64,000 nucleotides of DNA. Origin: Draconibacterium orientale (GTDB taxonomy: Bacteria; Bacteroidota; Bacteroidia; Bacteroidales; Prolixibacteraceae). Under the pieces are notes generated by a model, which was not told where the DNA came from, ran no database searches, and worked only from the letters and a program-made list of their open reading frames with translations. The position numbers were made by a program, and so were the translations under genes. The stretch lies in assembly GCA_020726265.1 (NCBI GenBank), contig DYSZ01000002.1, positions 1,262 through 65,261 of the forward strand, in the 5' to 3' direction. This document shows positions 57,065 through 64,000 of this stretch, piece after piece. Every line of letters starts with the position of its first letter. The stretch's first letter is position 1.

Positions 57065-57173
57065 AAAACTGTTTGTAAAAATTGAGGTGCAAATGTACAA
57101 GGAAAAGTTCAGAGTTTAAAGTTTTAAGTTTGTCCATTTAAAGTTTGCAGGATGAATGAGGAGGTAATTTTAA

Positions 57174-57599
57174 TCAGATATCCGAAATGATTGTTTTAAC
57201 GAAATTTCCGGGGGTCATAACGCCAATCTTGCTGTTTTTAAAGTCTTTGACATTCCGGGTGATAATCAAATCAATCTGCCCGTTCAATTCGGCTGAAAAA
57301 TTTTGTAATGCGTCCTCAAAATCTCTGAAATCAGAGTTTAATGCCTGAATGATAGTGTTTTTATCGGTAGTCAGAACGTCAAGTATTGAAATAAGCTGGG
57401 TTAGCTTTTCAATCACTTTTTCATGGGTTGCTGTTTGCCGCAAAAGATAATATACATTACTGATAATTACTGAAGTGATAAAGCCTGTAATTTCTTTTGA
57501 TTCACAGAGTGCCAGCACTTTTGCCGCATTTTCTGAGAATGGCTTTTTGTCAAAAAGGAAATCCAGAATAACATCTGTGTCAATCAATACCCGGTTCAT
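57174..57599 (-). CDS. vapC: PIN-domain toxin (VapC-like)
   Basis: MNRVLIDTDVILDFL is the N-terminal PIN acidic motif. 141 aa, 3 nt downstream of the antitoxin gene. Confidence 0.75.
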   Translation of the reverse strand: MNRVLIDTDVILDFLFDKKPFSENAAKVLALCESKEITGFITSVIISNVYYLLRQTATHEKVIEKLTQLISILDVLTTDKNTIIQALNSDFRDFEDALQNFSAELNGQIDLIITRNVKDFKNSKIGVMTPGNFVKTIISDI

Positions 57600-57602
57600 T
57601 TG

Positions 57603-57851
57603 TTACAGATATTTTTTTGTAAGGCTTTTAGCAAGTTCTTTTTTGTAATCCACATCTTTTGGTGCTTGAAATGAACCCTTTAATGATTTTACAATCGGTG
57701 TTAACTCAACCTTTTCAAGTTTATTTTCATTTGTGATTGCCTTTAAGTAGTTTTCTATAATACCCGATAAACTGCGACCTTTGTTGTTCGCATACTTTTT
57801 AGCCTTTTCAATTATTGTATGCTCTATTGTTAATGTCAACTTGGCATTCAT
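57603..57851 (-). CDS. putative antitoxin (DUF6364-like)
   Basis: 82 aa. KLTLTIEHTIIEKAKKYANNKGRSLSGIIENYLK is an RHH-like N-terminus. Adjacent to the PIN toxin. Confidence 0.6.
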   Translation of the reverse strand: MNAKLTLTIEHTIIEKAKKYANNKGRSLSGIIENYLKAITNENKLEKVELTPIVKSLKGSFQAPKDVDYKKELAKSLTKKYL

Positions 57852-57900
57852 AATCCATAATTTTTTTTGTAAATATTATACGTGCAAATATATGGATAAA

Positions 57901-57944
57901 AACACGACACGTGCAAATATGTTTTCTATTGCACGTGTCGTGTT
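57901..57944 (-). terminator. 16-bp perfect-stem hairpin, terminator of exonuclease gene (possibly also TA operator)
   Basis: aacacgacacgtgcaa-(12 nt)-ttgcacgtgtcgtgtt, followed by TTTTT on the minus strand. A third partial copy acgtgcaaatat lies at 57880-57891. Confidence 0.6.
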
Positions 57945-57998
57945 TCCCTTTTGTGAGCAGCCAGAAACCATAAGCCAGAAACTTTCAAAAACATTGTG

Positions 57999-58568
57999 TT
58001 AAATTTTTCCCAGCCTTTTAAGTTCCCAAAAACACCTTGCTGTTGCCGAAATATCGACGGCAGCATTGTGTGCTTCTTCAAAATTTGTTTTGAAAAGTTT
58101 GTAGTGCAGTTCAGAAAGTTTTGGCCATTTATAACCATACGGACCCGGGAGGCCACAAAAATTAGTGGTTCTTTCCATGGTGCAAATTCTGTTTTTTGCC
58201 GGAATGCTGTTTTTCATTCCATTTCGCAAAAATTCGCAACCTACAATTTTTTCATCGAACGACATATTGTGGGCAACTAGGAAGTTTGCCTGCTCAATTA
58301 AAAGGTTAAAATGCTCAAGTACCGTATGTAAAGGTTGGCCTTCAATTATTGCCCTTTCATGAGTAATTCCGTGGATTCGCGAAACATCGGCAGGAATCGT
58401 AAAACCATCAGGTTTTATAATGAAATTGCCATCGGAAATTCTGGTTCCGTCGCTATCATAAAGAAGATAAGCGAGTTGTACTAATCTTGGCCAGTTGTTC
58501 AGGTCAGTTACCGGAGCTTTCCAGTTTTTTGGTAACCCTGTTGTTTCAGTATCGAAAAACAGATACAT
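57999..58568 (-). CDS. DnaQ-like 3'-5' exonuclease (DEDD family)
   Basis: Start moved to MYLFFDTETTGLP (ExoI). LVAHNMSFD (ExoII) and HNAAVD (ExoIII). Confidence 0.8.
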   Translation of the reverse strand: MYLFFDTETTGLPKNWKAPVTDLNNWPRLVQLAYLLYDSDGTRISDGNFIIKPDGFTIPADVSRIHGITHERAIIEGQPLHTVLEHFNLLIEQANFLVAHNMSFDEKIVGCEFLRNGMKNSIPAKNRICTMERTTNFCGLPGPYGYKWPKLSELHYKLFKTNFEEAHNAAVDISATARCFWELKRLGKI

Positions 58569-58611
58569 TTTTATACAAATGGTATTTAAATATTTATGTT
58601 GGACAACCAAA

Positions 58612-59694
58612 CTATTCCCACTTGTACACAATGGAGTTGATGTTCATTCCGGCGCCAACCGAGCAAAGCACAATATAATCGCCTTTCTCAACGCGGTGGC
58701 CATTCATTTTCTGTTTTATCACAAGGTCGAGCAATGTAGGTACGGTAGCTGTGGAAGAGTTGCCTAATTTGCTGATACTCATCGGCATAATTTCCATAAC
58801 ATTGCCTGATTCTCCATACAGTTTGTACACATTGTTGAGAATCACTTCGTCCATTTTTTCGTTGGCCTGGTGAATAAACACCTTTTTAATATCGGTGAGG
58901 TGAAGTCCTGCCTTATCGAGACTTTCCTTAACAACCTGTGGCACAGTACTGATGGCATATACATACAATTTGTGCCCTGTCATTTTAATAAACTGGTCGT
59001 TGCCCTTAAAAACGGGGTTATTTGAACCACCAAGCATGAGGAGCGAAGCATGTTGAGCGGAATCGGAGCGGCTTGCATGAGAAATGATTCCGGTTGGCGC
59101 GTCGCTTTCAATTACTTCAACAATGGTTGCACCAGCGCCATCGGCATAAATCATCGAGTCGCGGTCGTGCGGGTCGGAGATACGCGAAAGCACATCGGCA
59201 CCTACAACCACACCACGTTTCATGAAACCGCTTTTTATATAAGCATCAGCAATAATCATTCCCTGGGTCCAGCCTGGGCATCCTGAAATTACATCGTGGC
59301 AAATACACGCCGGGTTTTTAATGTTGAGCTTCATTTTTACCTTATTCGACAAGGCTGGCAGAGCATCCATCCGTACATTTCCTTCGCGGATATCACCAAA
59401 ATTGTGGCATACAATAATAAATTCGAGGCTTTCCATTGAAACTCCGGCCGATTCGCAGGCATCAGTAACAGCATAAGTTGCGATGTCCGAAGTTACCTGA
59501 CCATCAGCAACATAGCGACGTTCGGCAATATTGGTGATTTCATAAAATTTGTTTATAATCTCTTCGTTGCTTTTTTCTACTTTTTTCTTCGAGGCTTCGT
59601 AAAATTCGTGATTTAAAAAGTAATCATTCTTAATCACAACCGGTGGAAGATAGCTTCCGGTTCCAATAATCCGTGTGTATTTTTCCTTGCTCAT
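58612..59694 (-). CDS. 3-oxoacyl-ACP synthase III family (FabH-like)
   Basis: 360 aa, thiolase fold. ISGCPGW (active Cys), HQAN and GAGMN motifs. Confidence 0.8.
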   Translation of the reverse strand: MSKEKYTRIIGTGSYLPPVVIKNDYFLNHEFYEASKKKVEKSNEEIINKFYEITNIAERRYVADGQVTSDIATYAVTDACESAGVSMESLEFIIVCHNFGDIREGNVRMDALPALSNKVKMKLNIKNPACICHDVISGCPGWTQGMIIADAYIKSGFMKRGVVVGADVLSRISDPHDRDSMIYADGAGATIVEVIESDAPTGIISHASRSDSAQHASLLMLGGSNNPVFKGNDQFIKMTGHKLYVYAISTVPQVVKESLDKAGLHLTDIKKVFIHQANEKMDEVILNNVYKLYGESGNVMEIMPMSISKLGNSSTATVPTLLDLVIKQKMNGHRVEKGDYIVLCSVGAGMNINSIVYKWE

Positions 59695-59714
59695 TCTTTA
59701 AAAACTTATCAACT

Positions 59715-60470
59715 TCATGCTAATCTATCATATTTTTTAATTTCGAAATTCTGACCGTCCAGCACTCCGTAGGTGAAGTGCCTTATCCAGTCGCCCAGCA
59801 GGATAAATCTCGAATTTTCATTGATATCAACATTCGCAACCTGATGACGGTGGCCAAAAATAAAGTAATCAATTTGTTCCTGCTGTAAAAATTCGGTGGC
59901 AAAGCGGAACATTCCTTCATTTTTAACTTTAAATTCTTTTTCGAAACCCATTTTCGAAGTACGGCTTTTTTTCGACCACTGGTGTGCAACATGTAGTGCA
60001 AAATTGGGATGTAGCCTCGAAAACCACCATTGCAGCCGGCGGTTCGTAAATATCTTTTTTAGCCTGATATATCCTTTATCTGTTTCATCAAGGCCATCGC
60101 CATGTGCCATGAAGAATTTCTTTCCATTCAACGTGGTGATAAATTCATTTTTGTGAAGTATCACACCTGTTTCCGCGGGCAAATAATCAAAAACCCATAA
60201 GTCGTGGTTGCCAGTGAAAAAATGAACCGGGATACCGCGGTCAGTAAGATTGGCAATACGTCCCAGAATCCTCGTAAAGCCACGGGGTACAACCTTTTTG
60301 TATTCCCACCAGAAGTCAAAGATGTCGCCTAATAGGTACAATTCGCTCACATCGGCTGAAATTTCATCGAGCCAGCGTGCGAAGAGCAGTTCACGTTCGT
60401 GGTTGTTATTCATAGCCGGCGCGCCCAGGTGCACGTCGGAAACAAAATATATTTTTCCTTTTGTTGACAA
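59715..60470 (-). CDS. lpxH: UDP-2,3-diacylglucosamine diphosphatase
   Basis: YFVSDVHLG, GDIFDFW, GNHD and GHRH metallophosphoesterase motifs. Confidence 0.85.
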   Translation of the reverse strand: MSTKGKIYFVSDVHLGAPAMNNNHERELLFARWLDEISADVSELYLLGDIFDFWWEYKKVVPRGFTRILGRIANLTDRGIPVHFFTGNHDLWVFDYLPAETGVILHKNEFITTLNGKKFFMAHGDGLDETDKGYIRLKKIFTNRRLQWWFSRLHPNFALHVAHQWSKKSRTSKMGFEKEFKVKNEGMFRFATEFLQQEQIDYFIFGHRHQVANVDINENSRFILLGDWIRHFTYGVLDGQNFEIKKYDRLA

Positions 60471-60505
60471 AACTGGATTTTAATTGCTGACTATAAAAAT
60501 GTTTT

Positions 60506-61663
60506 TTATTTCGTCATTGTCGTTGAAAGCGCCTTGTCGAGAGCAGAACCCGTGAGATTTTTGGCAACAATTGCTCCATCGCGGTTGAGCAGATAATTGT
60601 ACGGAATTGACTGGATATTATAGTTGAGCACAGCATCATTGCTGCCATTCAGGTCGCCCACGTTTATCCATTTCAATCCATCGGTATCGATAGCATCGAG
60701 CCATTCGCTCCGGCTGTTACCCACATTTACCTGGTAAATTTCAAATCCTTTTGAATGATATTTTGCATAAGCATCAACAAGCAGCGGATTTAACAGTCGC
60801 GAACCTGCATCTTCAGCAGCCCAGAAATGAAGCAAAACAACTTTACCGCGCAGCGATGAAAGCGCCACTTTGCGGTTATTGATATCTGGAAGTTCAATTT
60901 CAGGACTGTTGATGCCGTGTTCGGCAACAAGTTGTTTCATCTCTGCAGCTTTCTGTTCGCGCAGGTATTGTAGTGTATTTTCGTAAAGCGCCTTCACCAT
61001 TACCGAGTTCGGATAAATGGCATTGAGTGCCGAAGCAGCCGTGCGCATGGTTTGCAGGTCTTTTATTACATAACTGCCATCTTTGTATTTTTGATAAAGC
61101 GCATAAACACTGGCCATCGAAAAAGGGTTTTTCAATACAAAGTTAACTGAGTACAGGTTCTGGTCATCAATTATTTTTGTGTACTCCTGATTCCAGCGTT
61201 CTTTCAATAGCTCATAATCCGAACTCCCCTGTGAAAGTGTGTTTAACGATCGCAATGAATCAAGTTTATATTCGGTACGATTTAAAGTCTCGGTAAGTTC
61301 CTTAACCTGTATCGACCCCAGTGAGCCTTCAACCACGTATTCCTTTCCGAAGTTGGCTGCATCAGCCTCAATGTGCACATTATCAACTGAATCTACTAAC
61401 AATGTGATAAAATTATGATTGGCAAGTTTAAGCAGGTAAAATGTTGGAATGGTGGTATTTCCTTTAAGTTTAAACTCACCATTGCCGTTAATTTTAACTT
61501 TTGCAACGGGTTTAACAGTCGAAACCTGTAGCTCTTCAAGGTAAATGGTATCGCTACCGGCATGAGTAATTTTCCCTTGTATTGTAAATTGATTCTCTTT
61601 TTTACAACCCCCGGCAACTACCAGCGCTGCCAAAAGAAAAAACATCATTCGCCTGAAAATCAT
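60506..61663 (-). CDS. TlpA/AhpC-like thioredoxin-fold lipoprotein lacking the CxxC motif (DUF4369-like N-domain)
   Basis: Start moved to MIFRRMMFFLLAALVVAGGCKK (lipobox). VVLLHFWAAEDAGSR stands where FWASWCGPCR is expected. Confidence 0.7.
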   Translation of the reverse strand: MIFRRMMFFLLAALVVAGGCKKENQFTIQGKITHAGSDTIYLEELQVSTVKPVAKVKINGNGEFKLKGNTTIPTFYLLKLANHNFITLLVDSVDNVHIEADAANFGKEYVVEGSLGSIQVKELTETLNRTEYKLDSLRSLNTLSQGSSDYELLKERWNQEYTKIIDDQNLYSVNFVLKNPFSMASVYALYQKYKDGSYVIKDLQTMRTAASALNAIYPNSVMVKALYENTLQYLREQKAAEMKQLVAEHGINSPEIELPDINNRKVALSSLRGKVVLLHFWAAEDAGSRLLNPLLVDAYAKYHSKGFEIYQVNVGNSRSEWLDAIDTDGLKWINVGDLNGSNDAVLNYNIQSIPYNYLLNRDGAIVAKNLTGSALDKALSTTMTK

Positions 61664-61824
61664 ACTGTAATTTTTTAGAGGCGGTAAAATTAACATTTTC
61701 CGCTACAACAGAAACTGTATCACAGAAAATAACAAAAATTAAGAACTTTGTGTGTGTGCGATTTTTGTACTTTTACAACCGGCGAGATACAAGCAAACCC
61801 AGTTTTTTAAACAGTTCAGAAAAG

Positions 61825-62757
61825 GTGAAAATTTATACCGATTTAAACCAGTTTCAGGTGAAACGACCGGTGGTAACCATCGGCACTTTTGATGGTATTC
61901 ATCTCGGGCACCAGAAAGTGATTGCGCGGTTGCGCGATTTTGCGTGGCAACACAATGGCGAATCGGTTATTTTTACTTTTCACACCCACCCGAGGCTTGT
62001 CACTTCGCCCGACGAAACAAGCCTTCGTTTGCTTACAACACTTAAAGAAAAAACTGAATTACTTGAAAAGTTCGGGATCGACCACCTGATTATTTACCCA
62101 TTTAACCGCGATTTTGCCAATTTCACCTATCATGAATTTGTGGAGAAAATCCTTGTGGAAAAGCTGAGAACGCATTGTCTGGTTGTGGGTTATGACCATA
62201 AATTTGGGAGAAATCGTGAAGGAGGGTTTGAGTACCTGCAAAAATGTGCCGATAAATATCACTTTCACATAGAAAAGCTGGATGCTTTGCTTGTTGAAGC
62301 CGACAGTGTAAGTTCAACGAAAATCAGGAATGCTCTTGAAAATGGCGATATACAAAAAGCCAACCAGTTTCTGGGTTACCCGTTTACTTTGCATGGAACT
62401 GTGGTAAGTGGGAACCAATTGGGCCGCAAACTTGGCTTTCCGACAGCAAACATCGAATCATCTGATAAATACAAAATCATTCCGGGTTATGGTGTTTATG
62501 CAGTAAAAGTAAGGCTGAAACAGGGCGAATACAACGGAATGCTGAATATTGGAACACGTCCTACTTTTAATAACAATGCCGACAACCGAAGCATTGAAGT
62601 AAACATTTTTGATTTTGACGGCGATATTTACGGACAGGAAATCACGCTCCGATTTGTAGGTAAAATCAGGGATGAACAGAAATTCAGCGACATGCATCGG
62701 TTAGCTGCTCAATTGGAAAAAGACCGCGAAACAGCACAATCACTTCTTTCGAAATAG
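61825..62757 (+). CDS. ribF: bifunctional riboflavin kinase / FMN adenylyltransferase
   Basis: TIGTFDGIHLGHQKV, GYDHKFG and GFPTANI. Probable GTG start at 61825, while the ORF track starts further upstream. Confidence 0.85.
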   Translation: MKIYTDLNQFQVKRPVVTIGTFDGIHLGHQKVIARLRDFAWQHNGESVIFTFHTHPRLVTSPDETSLRLLTTLKEKTELLEKFGIDHLIIYPFNRDFANFTYHEFVEKILVEKLRTHCLVVGYDHKFGRNREGGFEYLQKCADKYHFHIEKLDALLVEADSVSSTKIRNALENGDIQKANQFLGYPFTLHGTVVSGNQLGRKLGFPTANIESSDKYKIIPGYGVYAVKVRLKQGEYNGMLNIGTRPTFNNNADNRSIEVNIFDFDGDIYGQEITLRFVGKIRDEQKFSDMHRLAAQLEKDRETAQSLLSK

Positions 62758-62759
62758 AT

Positions 62760-63821
62760 TTATTTTTTGATTAGTTTACACGAAACCGGCAAATGGTCTG
62801 ACATGCGGAAGTTAGCGGTTTTGAAATTGTAAGCTTTAAAGTCGTTGCTGTAAAAAATATTATCAATACGGAACGACGGTAGTTTTCCAATGTAAGTACG
62901 ACCGAACCCACTCCCTGCTTTTACAAAAGCATCGTTGCGGTTTCCTAAAATCTGTTGATAAGCATACGAAACCGGCGTATCATTAAAATCGCCGCAAATA
63001 ATCACCGGGTAAGGCGTTTGTTCAATAAAATCACTGATTTCGCGTACTTGTCCGGCCCTGAACTGAAACGCCCTTTTCAACTTCGACCCAATTTCGCGCA
63101 TCTCTTTCAGGTCTCGTTCGTCATCAATTCCAGGCGATTCGATAATCGCATATTTTCGCGGGTCGATTTTGTACGATTGCAGGTGGATGTTGAAAATCCG
63201 AACCGTGTCTGAATCAATCAGAACATCGGTGTAAATCGCAATATTACTTGAATTCTTAGTTCTGATTTCGCCCATTTTCAGAATAGGGTAGCGGGTAAAA
63301 GTAACCACACCGTAAGTTACGCTCGAACGGCCAAAATGGTAATGTTCAATGGTTTTGAGTTCCTTCACCGCATTGGCAGCGTTGAAAGCGTTGTTCCTCC
63401 CGAGTTGTACATCCTGAAGGCAAATGATGTCGGCATTTTGCTGGTTCAGATAGTCCACAATTTTGTTAGCATTTGACCGCTGGTTCGAACCTTTTTCGCC
63501 ACCAAAAAGCATCACATTGTACGATACAACACGAATCCCTTCATCGCTGGTTGATTTTCCGGTTAACTGAAAATAGCGGTTGACAAAAACTCCTCCCAAA
63601 AGAATTGCAACCAGAGAAAGCAACAAAATACGTGGTTTTATAAAAATCCAGAAAGCAACAAAAAGCAGGTTGGCCCAAAGAATAAACGGGTAAGCCAACC
63701 CAAAAATAGCCGGAAGCCAAAGTTTGTCGGGTGCAATAAAAACTGCAAGGTAACTCACCAATAAGGCAGCTACAGTCATAATATTCAAGATGAACAGAAG
63801 GAAAATGAAGGTTTTTCTCAT
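62760..63821 (-). CDS. endonuclease/exonuclease/phosphatase (EEP) family membrane protein
   Basis: Three N-terminal TM helices, SYNV..., C-terminal SDHLPV motif. Confidence 0.75.
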   Translation of the reverse strand: MRKTFIFLLFILNIMTVAALLVSYLAVFIAPDKLWLPAIFGLAYPFILWANLLFVAFWIFIKPRILLLSLVAILLGGVFVNRYFQLTGKSTSDEGIRVVSYNVMLFGGEKGSNQRSNANKIVDYLNQQNADIICLQDVQLGRNNAFNAANAVKELKTIEHYHFGRSSVTYGVVTFTRYPILKMGEIRTKNSSNIAIYTDVLIDSDTVRIFNIHLQSYKIDPRKYAIIESPGIDDERDLKEMREIGSKLKRAFQFRAGQVREISDFIEQTPYPVIICGDFNDTPVSYAYQQILGNRNDAFVKAGSGFGRTYIGKLPSFRIDNIFYSNDFKAYNFKTANFRMSDHLPVSCKLIKK

Positions 63822-64000
63822 TTACTTTTTGTTGGTTCAAACAGATTGCAAGATAGAAAAAAACGATTTAAAACAGTTTGCACTCTGAATCTGAAAGTGT
63901 TGAGATTGAAAACTGATGGTTCATAAAGCCGGCCGGATTGCTTTTACAAACCTGTTTTTTCCGTGAATATCAGTTACAATATCAATTTTTACAAAGCCAA

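Noticed and set aside
57065-57100. N-terminal extensions given by the ORF track for valS and several other genes (mscL to 28190, galE from 40424, MTA phosphorylase from 13103, HAD to 11895, exonuclease to 58631, DUF1080 from 51359, GxxExxY from 49322, ribF from 61750).
   Set aside because: The extensions overlap neighbouring genes or run through AT-rich or repeat DNA. Conserved N-termini (e.g. MEIASKYNP.., MAKKILVTGG.., MKIAIIGGSG..) begin at internal start codons.
1-64000. A search for tRNA, rRNA, tmRNA or RNase P genes.
   Set aside because: No cloverleaf-like T-arm or anticodon patterns (e.g. GGTTCGAATCC) and no rRNA-like conserved stretches were seen in the intergenic regions. Absence cannot be proven without tRNAscan or cmscan.

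Overview
This is a 64 kb chromosomal segment that looks like Bacteroidota, judging from gene content, lipoprotein signals and TAnnTTTG -7 promoter boxes. About 68 protein genes are called.

Gene content is mostly housekeeping:
- Translation, RNA and central metabolism: valS, rpsP, rimM, mdh, ribF, tsaC, tatA, lolD.
- Envelope and sugar nucleotides: lpxH, a fabH-like gene, galE, rfbB, mscL.
- Methionine salvage: mtnA and MTA phosphorylase.
- A five-gene MacAB/TolC-type efflux operon.
- Three tandem cyclophilins.
- A radical SAM/SPASM enzyme paired with a lipoprotein.

The accessory and selfish layer is dense:
1. Three toxin-antitoxin cassettes: YoeB-like, MNT/HEPN with a nonsense-interrupted HEPN, and VapC.
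2. A decayed IS1182-type transposase.
3. An ORF-less group IIC intron ribozyme placed right after the rpsP terminator.
4. At least three families of short palindromic repeats.

Most notable: one GC-rich hairpin repeat family (read in frame as ...SPLS.GEG...) has at least 11 copies in the window. Four of them lie in frame inside the essential valS gene. Two of those bracket a complete DUF559/Vsr-like endonuclease module, so ValS is about 165 aa longer than usual. All family assignments come from motif recognition by eye. No searches were run and the coordinates of RNA and repeat features are approximate. No tRNA, rRNA or CRISPR array was recognised.
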